In this document: positions 27,930 to 37,899 of the stretch, in pieces
How positions within the stretch are numbered: the stretch's first letter is position 1
Layout: every line of letters begins with the position of its first letter
DNA from: Bacteroidota bacterium
Lineage (GTDB): Bacteria; Bacteroidota; Ignavibacteria; SZUA-365
Reading direction: 5' to 3'
Assembly (NCBI GenBank): GCA_003246455.1
Contig: QKAF01000027.1
Span: 33,201 to 97,200, forward strand
Length of the DNA stretch: 64,000 nucleotides
Made by a program: the position numbers and the translations under genes
Notes under the pieces: generated by a model
What the model saw: the letters and a program-made list of their open reading frames with translations, nothing else
What the model was told of the DNA's origin: nothing
Database searches by the model: none

Positions 27930-29417
27930 TCAGCGTCGCGTCAGGCGACGGAGCAGCAGGCGTATCTCGTCTCGCTCCTGAGGCAGGAAAAATCCGCTTG
28001 CCCAGAGTACCCCGCAGAAGAGGGCAATGAGCAGCAGCTGCCAGATCATTGCGGGGAGGAACGCCGGGACGGGAACGAGATACCAGAGCAGTGCGCTGAC
28101 GGTGAGCGCGGCGGTGATGCGAAGCAGGCGCCCGGTTTCGTATTGGATCGGATAGATCCGGCGGCCGGCCACGGCGTAGAAGACCGCGATGCTGAAGTAG
28201 GCGGCGAAGGTCGCGAAGGCGCCGCCGTAGAGGCCCCAGACCGGAATGAGGAGGTAGTTGCAGGCGATGTTGATCACTGCCCCCATGCCCGTGGCATAGA
28301 GCACGTGCATGGTTTTCCGTTCGATGTAGATCCCGGCATTGAGAATCTGTCCGACCCCCGCCCAGAGGTAGCTGAAAAGGATGATGGGGACTATCCCGAT
28401 ACCGCTCCAGTAATCCTGCTGGATCAGTACGCGGCCGCCCGGCAGCGGGATGCGGACGATGTCGCCGATGAACAGCGAGAGTGTGAGTACGATCAGCGCG
28501 CCCGCAAGGACGAAGTAGGTGAGGACCCGCGCGAAAAGGCGCTTGGCTTCCTCGCTGGATGCCAGCTGCAGATAGAACGGCTGCCAGGCATAGCGAAACA
28601 TCGAAACCACCAGCATCATGAAAATGCCCAGTTTGTAGTTCGCCTGGTAGATTGCGACAGTCGACCAGTCGGTGAGCTGCTTCATGATCGGCTTGTCGAT
28701 GATTTCGATGAGCATGATCGCCATGGCGCCCGGCATGGTGGGCAATCCGTATACCAGGAGATCGCGGAGCAGGCGCCTGTCCATCCCGCCGCGTCCGTGC
28801 GAGACGATGGTGGGAATCAGAAGGAGGGTCGAACTCAGCGAGGCGATCACACCGGAGAGAAACACCGTGCTGACGGACCAGTGCAGGAAGCCGATGAACA
28901 GCACGTTGAGCGCGACGTTGATGACGATGGACACCAGCTTGACCGACGCAAAGAAGCGCGGCCGGTTTCCCATCCGCAGAGCGGCGAAAGGAATGATGTT
29001 GAACGCGTCGAGCACCACCATCGCGATGGCAAGCGGCACGACGTCCCCGAGATTGCTTCCGATATCCAGGAGTGACTGTACCCGGGGTCCCAGCAGAAGG
29101 ATCACGCCCCCGAACAGCACCGAGGCAATGCCGATAAACCATATCGAGCTGCTGAAAATGCGATTGCGGCCGTTGACGTCGGATCCGGAGACGAATCGCA
29201 TGTATGCCGGTTCGAGCCCGAAAGTGAATACGGCGTTGAGAAAGGCGATGTAGGAGTATACGACGGCGACGATGCCGTATTCCGCCTGCGGCAGCGTGTG
29301 CGTATAGAACGGCACGAGCAGGAAGGTGATGAATCGTCCCAGCACGTTGCTGATGCCGTAAAACGCGGAATCGGATGTCAGTCGCTTCAGCTGTTCTTTC
29401 ACCCAGGCAAGATACAT
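27930..29417 (-). CDS. Polysaccharide/oligosaccharide flippase (MOP superfamily, Wzx-like).
   Basis: About 495 aa with ~14 TM and typical Wzx hydrophobic periodicity. Start taken at MYLAWVKEQ. Confidence 0.6.
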   Translation of the reverse strand: MYLAWVKEQLKRLTSDSAFYGISNVLGRFITFLLVPFYTHTLPQAEYGIVAVVYSYIAFLNAVFTFGLEPAYMRFVSGSDVNGRNRIFSSSIWFIGIASVLFGGVILLLGPRVQSLLDIGSNLGDVVPLAIAMVVLDAFNIIPFAALRMGNRPRFFASVKLVSIVINVALNVLFIGFLHWSVSTVFLSGVIASLSSTLLLIPTIVSHGRGGMDRRLLRDLLVYGLPTMPGAMAIMLIEIIDKPIMKQLTDWSTVAIYQANYKLGIFMMLVVSMFRYAWQPFYLQLASSEEAKRLFARVLTYFVLAGALIVLTLSLFIGDIVRIPLPGGRVLIQQDYWSGIGIVPIILFSYLWAGVGQILNAGIYIERKTMHVLYATGMGAVINIACNYLLIPVWGLYGGAFATFAAYFSIAVFYAVAGRRIYPIQYETGRLLRITAALTVSALLWYLVPVPAFLPAMIWQLLLIALFCGVLWASGFFLPQERDEIRLLLRRLTRR

Positions 29418-29522
29418 AAGCGAAACGTCACGGCGAAAGCGCAGGAATCGCCCCGGTCGCCTTTGCTGCATGCGCGGCGATTTCATACATTAGGGTATGT
29501 TTCATCTTTGCAGAAAGCGCGC

Positions 29523-30455
29523 ATGAATATTCTTATCACAGGGGGAGCCGGTTTTATCGGTTCGAGCATCGCGGATGCATACCGCGAGCGCGGGCACGAA
29601 ATCGTGATCGTCGACAATCTGTCGACAGGGAAGCTGGAGAATGTTCCGCGGGGGGCCGCGTTTTACCAGATGGACATCCGGGATGAAGGTTTCGCCGACA
29701 TCGTGCGCGAACACAACATCGACGTGATCAATCACCATGCCGCGCAGATCGACGTGCGACGCTCGGTGGAAGATCCGCGCTACGATCTGTCGGTCAACGT
29801 CCTCGGTTCGCTGAACGTCATCGAATCCGGTCTGCGCAATAACGTGCGCCGGATCATCTTCGCCAGTTCGGGCGGCGCGGGCTACGGAGAACAGGAGTAC
29901 TACCCGGCCGACGAAAATCACCCAATCGCACCTTGTTCTCCTTATGGCATCACCAAGGTGACCGTGGAACGCTACCTCCATTACTACCACGTGGTGAACG
30001 GCCTCAGCTATACCGTGCTCCGCTATACCAACGTATACGGTCCGCGGCAGAATCCCCATGGCGAAGCCGGCGTCGTCGCCATCTTCACCGACAAGCTGCT
30101 GCGCAGGGAACAGCCCGTCATCAACGGTGACGGACTGCAGACGCGCGACTACGTCTTCGTCGATGATGTGGTGCAGGCCAATCTCCTCGCGCTCGACATG
30201 GAGGGCAGCGACACCTTCAATGTCAGCACGAACGTCGAAACGACGGTGAATACCATTTTCCGCGTCCTCAATGAAGCGCTCGAATCGCCCGCCGACGAAA
30301 AGCACGGCGAGGCGAAAGCCGGTGAGCAGCAGCGGAGCGTCTGCTCGTACGAAAAGATCAAGGCCCGGTTCGGCTGGGAACCGCGGACCCCGATCGAAGC
30401 GGGTCTGCGGCAGACCGTCGCATGGTTTCGCGAACGTTTCGAAGAGGATGAATAA
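29523..30455 (+). CDS. NAD-dependent epimerase/dehydratase (UDP-glucose 4-epimerase-like).
   Basis: MNILITGGAGFIGS Rossmann motif and YxxxK (PYGITK). Confidence 0.8.
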   Translation: MNILITGGAGFIGSSIADAYRERGHEIVIVDNLSTGKLENVPRGAAFYQMDIRDEGFADIVREHNIDVINHHAAQIDVRRSVEDPRYDLSVNVLGSLNVIESGLRNNVRRIIFASSGGAGYGEQEYYPADENHPIAPCSPYGITKVTVERYLHYYHVVNGLSYTVLRYTNVYGPRQNPHGEAGVVAIFTDKLLRREQPVINGDGLQTRDYVFVDDVVQANLLALDMEGSDTFNVSTNVETTVNTIFRVLNEALESPADEKHGEAKAGEQQRSVCSYEKIKARFGWEPRTPIEAGLRQTVAWFRERFEEDE

Positions 30456-30555
30456 TCCCCAGTATTTCCGTGGGGTATCCGGAATCCAACATGATCCGCG
30501 GTGCCCCTTCCCCCCGCCTTCTGAGCGAAAAAATCGTATGTGAATCATTCGCACG

Positions 30556-30578
30556 TCGCGTGAATTTATTTCACGCGA
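30556..30578. promoter_or_regulatory. Inverted repeat TCGCGTGAA-tttat-TTCACGCGA inside an AT-rich island upstream of the motor-like cluster. Candidate operator.
   Basis: 9-5-9 perfect inverted repeat. The surrounding 30540-30700 is ~60% AT in a ~62% GC genome. Confidence 0.4.
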
Positions 30579-30601
30579 ATAGTGCGATAATCGGACACTT
30601 T

Positions 30602-30625
30602 GGCGTTTTTTTAAGTAAAAACGCC
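30602..30625 (+). terminator. Hairpin GGCGTTTTT-ttaagt-AAAAACGCC followed by a T-rich tract. Probable terminator of the epimerase gene.
   Basis: Perfect 9-bp stem, followed by GATTTTCATTT. Confidence 0.45.
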
Positions 30626-30699
30626 GATTTTCATTTGGCATGATTTGTGAACGATAATTAGCGATTGATTTAGCTCCTCACCATCTAGCCAACACGCAT

Positions 30700-31467
30700 T
30701 TGCTGAGTACATCAGAAACAGTCAAGGATCTCGAGGTATTCGAAGGCCGACGCCTGCTGCGCGACTTCTATCATGAGCGCAGAGTAAAGAATGCCATCGA
30801 GGCCAAGACGCTGCTCGAATGCTGGAAACTGTGCCGCCGGGGTACCGAGGTTCATTTCAGCGACGGACGGCGCGTTCGGCTGGAGACCAATCTCGGCGTA
30901 CGGCTGGGCACCCGCATTTTTCTCGAGGAGATCGTCAGCAGGAACCATTACAATTCCATCCAGGGGCTGGTGTACGCCGGCGCGATGATCGTCCTCCTGG
31001 CGGTTGCGATGTATCTCGCAGGGTATACGCTGTGGATCGCAATGGGGGCGTTTCTGCTCGAGGCGCTTTTCCTGCTGCTCCTGGCGATGGTGACGGCCTA
31101 CAGTCCCGTTGACGACACCGCCGCGAGCGGCGTCTCCCTGGGCCTGTCGGAGAATCTGCTGACCTCGATCAACAGTTCGATCCACGAAATGACCAACGCG
31201 GTATCAGATCTTTTTCGGCTGATCTCGCAGACGGATATCCGGCAGGATGTGCTGCTGACACGGCTCACCGAGAACATCAGCAAGCTCAACGCCGAAAACA
31301 CGCGCAAGTATTCCGAGAAGCTGGAGCAGACCAACGCGCTGCTGCGGGAGCTCAATGAGAATTCCCGCGCGCAGCTGCAGAGCATTCTCCAGCAGCAGCA
31401 GCAGTCGATGCAGCAGACGCGCCGCCTCATCGCCCTCATGGACCATAACGACGAGGAACCGGCATGA
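30700..31467 (+). CDS. GldL/PorL-like (ExbB/TolQ-superfamily-like) inner-membrane motor subunit, copy 1 (L1).
   Basis: Two adjacent TM helices (LVYAGAMIVLLAVAMYLAGY / WIAMGAFLLEALFLLLLAMVTAY) with a Glu in the second TM, matching the GldL VYGxGAA / G..EAL pattern. Long coiled-coil Q-rich cytoplasmic tail. The table start is a TTG. The true start is uncertain. Confidence 0.5.
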   Translation: MLSTSETVKDLEVFEGRRLLRDFYHERRVKNAIEAKTLLECWKLCRRGTEVHFSDGRRVRLETNLGVRLGTRIFLEEIVSRNHYNSIQGLVYAGAMIVLLAVAMYLAGYTLWIAMGAFLLEALFLLLLAMVTAYSPVDDTAASGVSLGLSENLLTSINSSIHEMTNAVSDLFRLISQTDIRQDVLLTRLTENISKLNAENTRKYSEKLEQTNALLRELNENSRAQLQSILQQQQQSMQQTRRLIALMDHNDEEPA

Positions 31468-31538
31468 CGGCCGCCGGCGCAGCCCCGGGTAACGCCGCCA
31501 TCAACAGTCCGCGCGGCCGCGCCGCGGAGGTTTGACGT

Positions 31539-33044
31539 GTGGCACAGCGGAAACGGATCGACATCTTCTTCATTCTCTACCTCACCGCGATACTCGGTTT
31601 CGTGGTTGTTTCGAGGGAACGCGATAAAATCGATGAAGGAATGCATGAACTGAACGAACAGATCGTCCGGACGTTTGTCCCCCCTGTTCCGCTGAGACCG
31701 GAGGGCGACACGCTGCGTTGCTATGTCGACGCCGATTCGAACGGCATCGTCATCGGCGACCCGCGGGTGTTCGAGACGAAAGTGTTCGCTGGCGACATCA
31801 CCCCGGACGATGCGGTTTCCCTCTCCCTGCACAGTGTCATTCACGACGGGACGCTGACCACGCCCGATATCGTCTCGATCGGACCGCGCACGGCCGCGGG
31901 CGAAATAGCCGACCAGGAAGTGTTTTTCCCCGTCACCGGACTGTTCCCGCGTACCGGCGTCTATCATGTCAACATCGCGGCGAAGGCCCGACGGGTGCAT
32001 GAAAGCAGCCCGGGCGTGTTCGTCTACCGCGGAAAGCAGTTTGACACGTCGCTCGTCAGCCGGGAGATGATCGCTTCGGTGGAACAGTCGCGGCTGACGA
32101 TGACCGTGGTCGTCGAAGACACCTCGCTCGATCATATGACCTCCCTCCAGAGCCTGCAGATCGAGGCGGCGCGTGCGGAGATCACCTCCGCGATCGGATT
32201 CGAAGAGCGCAACACAGTCACGATCAATCTCGGCTGGGCCGCGCCGACGATGACCATCGTGCGCGGGGGAGGGCAGCTTCGCGAACTCACCCGCACTGAT
32301 CGCATGGTGGAATATGTCTGGAGCGGCGCGGTCACGAGCATGCCGTATACCGTCGAGATCGAGGCGCGCGCGAACCGCGGCGCCGGCGGTCGGGACATTG
32401 CCCGCACGCGTTTTTCCGTGTCCGGAATTCAGCCGTTTCTGCGTATGGCTCCTCCCGACATGGTGTTCGCCGGGGAGGATATCAATTTCGATATCAGCGT
32501 CGAGGGACTCGATAATCCGGCCCAGTACAGCTGGCGGCTGTTCGAGGAAGTCGGGCAGGGAGAACCCCTGCTGAAAATGGAGGGGCGCGGTTCACGGGTC
32601 GCCTACCGTATCCCGAACTCCTACGCCGACAAGCATCTCGTGGTCGAGGCCCGGTATAACGGCCGTCCCTATCGTTTCATCTCCCGCGCGTCGTATGCCT
32701 CGGGCAGCTCCCGCTTTGCCCTGCCGGTTGTCGAACCGCCCACGCGCATCGGGCTGGACCTGCCCGCGCGCGCAGCCGCGACGGCATCGTTCCGTTTCAC
32801 CGCATCGAAATACAATGACATCCGTTTCCGCGGCGAGCAGCCGATCGACCGCCTCGCCGACGTGCAGGTGGAACTCACCAATGAGGAAGGGAACGTGCTC
32901 GCCTCGGACGTATGGATGATGCGGAAAGGAGAATTCGAGTTTTCGCTCGAAAATCGTACGTCCATCCGCAAAGGCGGAGAGAGAATTATCGTCCGGATTC
33001 ACGCCGGTGGAAACACCGCGCAGCGCAGCATTCAGCTGTATTAA
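31539..33044 (+). CDS. GldM/PorM-sized bitopic periplasm-spanning protein with an ExbD/TolR-like acidic TM residue, copy 1 (M1).
   Basis: 501 aa. N-terminus MAQRKRIDIFFILYLTAILGFVVV is a single TM resembling the ExbD/TolR IDV-hydrophobic motif. Followed by a ~450-aa periplasmic beta-rich region. Confidence 0.5.
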   Translation: MAQRKRIDIFFILYLTAILGFVVVSRERDKIDEGMHELNEQIVRTFVPPVPLRPEGDTLRCYVDADSNGIVIGDPRVFETKVFAGDITPDDAVSLSLHSVIHDGTLTTPDIVSIGPRTAAGEIADQEVFFPVTGLFPRTGVYHVNIAAKARRVHESSPGVFVYRGKQFDTSLVSREMIASVEQSRLTMTVVVEDTSLDHMTSLQSLQIEAARAEITSAIGFEERNTVTINLGWAAPTMTIVRGGGQLRELTRTDRMVEYVWSGAVTSMPYTVEIEARANRGAGGRDIARTRFSVSGIQPFLRMAPPDMVFAGEDINFDISVEGLDNPAQYSWRLFEEVGQGEPLLKMEGRGSRVAYRIPNSYADKHLVVEARYNGRPYRFISRASYASGSSRFALPVVEPPTRIGLDLPARAAATASFRFTASKYNDIRFRGEQPIDRLADVQVELTNEEGNVLASDVWMMRKGEFEFSLENRTSIRKGGERIIVRIHAGGNTAQRSIQLY

Positions 33045-33287
33045 CAGTACTGAGAAATAGAAAACATGTCTGACGGATTTGACTTGAATATGAAGATTGT
33101 GCGAGATTGTTGTGATAGTGAATGCGCGACAGCAACCCGCACGTCCTTTCGCCCTCGGACAAGAGCATTTCCCAATACGGCAGTTCATGCAACAACGCTT
33201 CAAATCGACACAGTACATATACAAATTAACAGTGTCCCGCTCCCGGCGGTGACAGCTCATCCTATGTCTTGTTAGGAGGTTTTCCTT

Positions 33288-34121
33288 ATGAAGAGTAGTG
33301 GATTCATTCGCCACCTGTTGCTCGGTACTCTGCTGATCGCAATCGTCACTGTTTTCGCGGCTCCGGTCGTGCACGCGCAGGGCGATGAAATGATGACGCT
33401 TGAGCAAATGAAAATGAAGCTGCGTGACGAAGGCAAGGGTCGCGACCTGAGCCAGCTCACGCATCAAGAGCTCGAGATGATCAAGAAAAGCGACAACGGA
33501 CTGTTCGGCAACCTGTTCAACACCGAATTCGTGATGAAGATCGGAAACTCCACCTTCATCCTGAACATGCTCGCAATCACACTCGTCATCGTCATCGCCG
33601 GGTTTGTCGTTCTCTTCTTCTTTACCCCCATCGGTCTGTTCCTCTTCAGGGGCAGTCTGCATGCCTTCGTCGGTGCGCTGCTGAAGGCATCCGGTGTCTC
33701 GAAGAAATTCGGCGATCACCTGATGAAGGAGCCGAAGAAGTGGCTGCAGAAAGAGAAGAGCGTCCGTCAGGCGTTCGCACTCTACATGCACAACGAATTC
33801 ATCCCCGAGTACAAGAACAACATCACCGCCATTGCCTTCATGGGTACGGCATTCCTTATTCTCAACATCGGTCTCCGCGGCGTGAAGTTCATGACCGCCC
33901 ACCAGCCTGACCTGATCGTTATCGCAATCGTCGTCGAAATCACCGTGCTCCTTCTGCTCGGTATGACGACCTGGTACGAGAAGGAAGAAGAAGAAGAAGC
34001 AGGCGCAGGTGCAGGCATGCCCGGGAAGCAGCTTTCGCTCGCCGACGTCGAACGTCGTCTCGATGCCCTCAAGGCAGAACTCGAGACTTCCGTTCGGACC
34101 GAATCCGGTCTCCGTCAGTAA
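33288..34121 (+). CDS. GldL/ExbB-like motor subunit paralog, copy 2 (L2), with an extra N-terminal signal/TM region.
   Basis: Last two TMs (AIAFMGTAFLILNIGL / LIVIAIVVEITVLLLLGMTTWY) are paralogous to the L1 TMs and include the TM Glu. There is an additional upstream TM, giving an ExbB/TolQ-like 3-TM topology. C-terminal coiled coil. Strong RBS ttaggagg. Confidence 0.5.
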   Translation: MKSSGFIRHLLLGTLLIAIVTVFAAPVVHAQGDEMMTLEQMKMKLRDEGKGRDLSQLTHQELEMIKKSDNGLFGNLFNTEFVMKIGNSTFILNMLAITLVIVIAGFVVLFFFTPIGLFLFRGSLHAFVGALLKASGVSKKFGDHLMKEPKKWLQKEKSVRQAFALYMHNEFIPEYKNNITAIAFMGTAFLILNIGLRGVKFMTAHQPDLIVIAIVVEITVLLLLGMTTWYEKEEEEEAGAGAGMPGKQLSLADVERRLDALKAELETSVRTESGLRQ

Positions 34122-34168
34122 GCAGTTCGCGGACTATGCCAATCAGTAAGAAGAAGGAGTAAGCAACA

Positions 34169-35776
34169 ATGGCTCATACTGCCGACCACTATAAAAAATA
34201 CCAGGTTTACTTCTTCCTGTATCTGGCTGTGATCTGCGAGCTTCTCATCATCATCGTGGAACGCGATGATGCGGAAGCCGACCTGCTTATGCAGCAGCGG
34301 ATGCTGGAAGAAAAGAATCGTAAGATCATTCTCGAGCTCCTCAAGAACATGCCCGCGGTGGCCGCGGCCGGTGACAACCAGCTGAAGGTCAACGAAGAGC
34401 GCAAGTTCACGATCAACGTGAAGGGTCTTGGCGAGAACGATGAAGTGACGACGCCCCCGGAAGTCAAGGTGTTCAAGGACGGTACCGAGATGGGTACCCT
34501 CAAGTACCCGCAGGACATCCAGGATTCCATCGTGCACGGCACGACCGGCGAACGTCTCTATCGCTTCACATGGAAGGCCGAAAGCGGTCCCGGCACCTAC
34601 GAACTGTGGGTGCAGGCCGGAACCAACCGCGTGTCCCTGACTCCGGATCTCGAGCAGGGCGAGGCGAAAATCAAGGTCGGAACGCTCGAATTCTCCCGCA
34701 AGGAGATCCGCTCCGCTCTCGATTCCGACCCGGATCTTCGCGGAACGCCGGTGGAGCACTTCATCGAGAAATCGGAAAATCTGATGCCCGATAAATTCGT
34801 TGTCGAAGTGGTTTCCGAGGAATACGATCAGCTGCAGATTCAGGCAGATCCGATCGTGACCGCCGTCGGCTTCCCGACCTTCAACGAAATCAAGGTTCGC
34901 GGTACCACCGTGGACAAGATCTCCAACATGAATATCGTCGGCGGCGGCGTCGCCCTGCGTCCTGACAACCAGCGCAACCCGTATTACAGCCCGGATCCCG
35001 AGCGCGGCAAGTGGGTGTGGTCCAACACCTACAATGACGCCGGCACGAAGTCCGTCAGTGTCGATGCGCGTGACAACCGCTCCGCGGGCGTCAAGAGCGT
35101 TTCCCGTCCCATCAGCTTCGATGTCATCGTGAAGGAGCCGTACCTGAGCCGCCGCAAACCGAGCGGTGCGTTTTCCGGCGAAATCTTCGAAATGAACATC
35201 AACGTCGCCGGTCTCGAAGACGTCGGTTCCTACGACTGGACCATCGAGATCGACAACGCGCAGGTGGAGAAGGGCAAAGGCAACGTGGTCAAGTACAAGG
35301 TGCCGGAAGATGCGCTGGGCAAGACCTTGACCATCAAGTCAACCTACAGGAACCGGGTGTACCAGGTACTGGTCGATTCTTCAGCGACGAACCTGACCTC
35401 TTCCGAATTCCTGTTCAACATCACCGCCCCTATCGACCGAATTGGATCGCAGTCCTTCGCGAATGGCGGCGAATACCCGATCAATAACGTCTTCCAGTTT
35501 GTCGCAGCCCGCTGCGGCCGGTGTATCGGATCCAATATCCGTAACATCCAGCCTTCCGACATCCGTGTGGAAGTGGAATCTGAAGACGGTCAGGATCTGC
35601 TTGCCGATACTCCCGAGGTTTTCCAGCGGACGAACCCGAATACCGGGGCAGACCAGGGCAGCCTTGTGAAATTCTATCTGAAGGGCAAAGTCGGCCGCGA
35701 CGGAACCGAGGCGACGATCACAATCCGTTACGGTGCCGTCAATGAGCGTTACACGGTCATGCTCTATCAGGAGTAA
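34169..35776 (+). CDS. GldM/PorM-sized bitopic periplasm-spanning protein, copy 2 (M2).
   Basis: 535 aa. N-terminus HYKKYQVYFFLYLAVICELLIIIVERDD is a single TM containing Glu. Large periplasmic region with Ig-like beta repeats. Confidence 0.5.
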   Translation: MAHTADHYKKYQVYFFLYLAVICELLIIIVERDDAEADLLMQQRMLEEKNRKIILELLKNMPAVAAAGDNQLKVNEERKFTINVKGLGENDEVTTPPEVKVFKDGTEMGTLKYPQDIQDSIVHGTTGERLYRFTWKAESGPGTYELWVQAGTNRVSLTPDLEQGEAKIKVGTLEFSRKEIRSALDSDPDLRGTPVEHFIEKSENLMPDKFVVEVVSEEYDQLQIQADPIVTAVGFPTFNEIKVRGTTVDKISNMNIVGGGVALRPDNQRNPYYSPDPERGKWVWSNTYNDAGTKSVSVDARDNRSAGVKSVSRPISFDVIVKEPYLSRRKPSGAFSGEIFEMNINVAGLEDVGSYDWTIEIDNAQVEKGKGNVVKYKVPEDALGKTLTIKSTYRNRVYQVLVDSSATNLTSSEFLFNITAPIDRIGSQSFANGGEYPINNVFQFVAARCGRCIGSNIRNIQPSDIRVEVESEDGQDLLADTPEVFQRTNPNTGADQGSLVKFYLKGKVGRDGTEATITIRYGAVNERYTVMLYQE

Positions 35777-35839
35777 TCGGTCGTTCGCCTATCATTCATA
35801 CGCGAAGTGGAATATTCAATTCGATTAGAGGATAAGTTC

Positions 35840-37885
35840 ATGAGCAAACAATTTCTTTTACGTGCCTTTCTCTTCGTGGCACTCGTTGTAGGCCTCATGC
35901 CGCAGCTTTTTGCTCAGACCGACCGTGAGGTAAAGAGCAAACAGACGGATCTGAAGCACGAATACAACGACGCCTCTGAGAAAAACCAGATCATCAAGTC
36001 GGCGGCAGAGGACAAGCCGCGTGCGACGACCGGCCGCCGGCGCAGTTCGGCCACGACCGGTTACGATTACACGCAGGTGAAGGGATTTGCCCTTCGCCAG
36101 TTCAACGATCGCATCGACAAGGTGTTCGCCCGCGCCAACGATCTCGGCCTGTTCGAGGAAGAGTACCGTCTCGACGGTACCTTCCCGGTCCCCGGCCGCC
36201 AGGGCAAGGGCAGCGCGCAGATGCGCAAAATCGAGGTGTACTACGTCGAAGCAACGCCCGAGGAACAGGAACAGTTCGATATCGAGCCGTTCCAGATCAT
36301 CGAGGTGTATGTGGAAAAGCTGGAAACCCTGCCGCCTGAGGAAACCGCGGGCGAAACGGAAGAAGGCGGTCTCGGCCTCGGCTTCGACGCAAGCGCGTCC
36401 GAGCCGATCGCAAAGGGATATTCCCTTGCCGGAACCGATCTGACCAGCGTCCTGCAGCTTGCCGACGAAGCACTGTATGACGATATCCTTGCGAAGCGCA
36501 GCCAATCCAATCCGATTCCGCTTCCGGAACGCGGCGACTGGATGCCCGGCAAGGTCGGTCCTTTCATCGTCATGACCCAGCGCGAACTGGAAACCACCAC
36601 GAGTCGTTTCCGTGACTTCTGGAACATGCGCGATACGCTTGAAAGCGCGATCATCCCGCCGCAGTTCGAAGCGGCCGGTCCTTTCTATACCGGCAGCATT
36701 CCGATGTTCTACCCGGAAGCGAGCAAGGTGCGTGTCCGCAACCCGGAACGCAATCAGCCGCTGAAGATCACCAGCGCCGTCTTCGTTGGCGACAATGCCG
36801 ACAAGTGGGAAATCCGCACCAAGCTTCCGAAGGTTCTCGCCGGCAAGGGCGAAGCCAATGACAAGGAAGACATCGAATTCGCCTATATCGGCGGATCGGA
36901 ATACGAAACCCGCGGACAGCTGCTCATCGACGCAAAGGAAGCCAACCTCCAGCAGATCGTCGAGATCGTGTCCAACCCCGGACGGTATCCGGCCGACGTC
37001 GTGACGCTCGATGCGTCGCTCGACCGCGTCGAACTCCGCTCGCCCGCACGTTCCGGCTTCGCCCCGAACTGGAAGCTGGCCTATGTCATCGGCAACGATG
37101 AAGTCGGTCTGCCTCGCTGGTCCACGGGCATTTCCTCCCTCAGCGTGGGATACAAGAATCAGATGAGCGTCGGCGTCGTGCTTCCGATGAACATGACGGC
37201 TCCCGACCTTCCGACGCCGCTGGCGTTCGAGAAGAACCTGATGTCGTCGCCGAGCGGTTACAACGTCGCCTTCGATTTCACGTTCGGCTTCCCCTTCTCC
37301 CTCGGCGGAAACCTGACGGTCATCAACGATTATTCCGCGCAGGATGCGTACGATCACCTGAAGGTCATGCATATGAACTTCGATCCGCAGGTTGACCTGA
37401 AAGACTATGACAACGATTTCTTCCATATCTCCACGATCGCGCAGGTGTACTACCCGATCATGTTCAAGGATAATGCGGTCAATCCCAGTCTCGCATTCCG
37501 TCTGAACCTTGGTGGTGCCTTCATGCAGATCAAGCGAGATCACCTGGTCACCGATGCAGATCCGCTCGGCATGGGCAAGGAAGGCCGCATCTTCAAGACC
37601 GAAGAGATCGGCAAAATGGTCACGCTCGGCAAGGAAAAAGATCTCGTAGACGTGTACATTCGCATGTCCTTTATCAATCTGCGTTCCGCCAACAAGTACG
37701 GCATGGGCATTCAGTATTTCGCCGGCCGCATGATGGCGGATGCCTTCCTTGAACTCACCGAATGGCTGCGCGTGGACGCGAAGTACTCCTTCCTGCTCCG
37801 CGACCAGGAGATCTGGGAGACCGAAAGCAGTTACTTCCTCATCACTCCGCGCCTGCGTATCGGGCTGCCCTCCATTTTTAACTGA
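35840..37885 (+). CDS. Putative outer-membrane beta-barrel protein (OMP-A, ~680 aa).
   Basis: Signal peptide MSKQFLLRAFLFVALVVGLMPQLFAQ. C-terminal alternating hydrophobic beta-strands ending ...RLRIGLPSIFN. C-terminal block paralogous to the next gene. Confidence 0.45.
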   Translation: MSKQFLLRAFLFVALVVGLMPQLFAQTDREVKSKQTDLKHEYNDASEKNQIIKSAAEDKPRATTGRRRSSATTGYDYTQVKGFALRQFNDRIDKVFARANDLGLFEEEYRLDGTFPVPGRQGKGSAQMRKIEVYYVEATPEEQEQFDIEPFQIIEVYVEKLETLPPEETAGETEEGGLGLGFDASASEPIAKGYSLAGTDLTSVLQLADEALYDDILAKRSQSNPIPLPERGDWMPGKVGPFIVMTQRELETTTSRFRDFWNMRDTLESAIIPPQFEAAGPFYTGSIPMFYPEASKVRVRNPERNQPLKITSAVFVGDNADKWEIRTKLPKVLAGKGEANDKEDIEFAYIGGSEYETRGQLLIDAKEANLQQIVEIVSNPGRYPADVVTLDASLDRVELRSPARSGFAPNWKLAYVIGNDEVGLPRWSTGISSLSVGYKNQMSVGVVLPMNMTAPDLPTPLAFEKNLMSSPSGYNVAFDFTFGFPFSLGGNLTVINDYSAQDAYDHLKVMHMNFDPQVDLKDYDNDFFHISTIAQVYYPIMFKDNAVNPSLAFRLNLGGAFMQIKRDHLVTDADPLGMGKEGRIFKTEEIGKMVTLGKEKDLVDVYIRMSFINLRSANKYGMGIQYFAGRMMADAFLELTEWLRVDAKYSFLLRDQEIWETESSYFLITPRLRIGLPSIFN

Positions 37886-37899
37886 AAGGAGGCAGCACC

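Noticed and set aside
33066-33275. 69-aa ORF in the M1-L2 intergenic spacer.
   Set aside because: Cys/Thr-rich, no RBS, and lies in an AT-rich probable promoter region. Likely non-coding.
30700-35776. Calling the L/M genes outright gldL/gldM (or porL/porM).
   Set aside because: The L-protein TM pattern fits GldL, but the M-protein TM carries Asp/Glu (ExbD/TolR/MotB-like) rather than the GldM Arg. gldK/gldN are absent, and the pair is duplicated. A family-neutral description is safer without HMM evidence.
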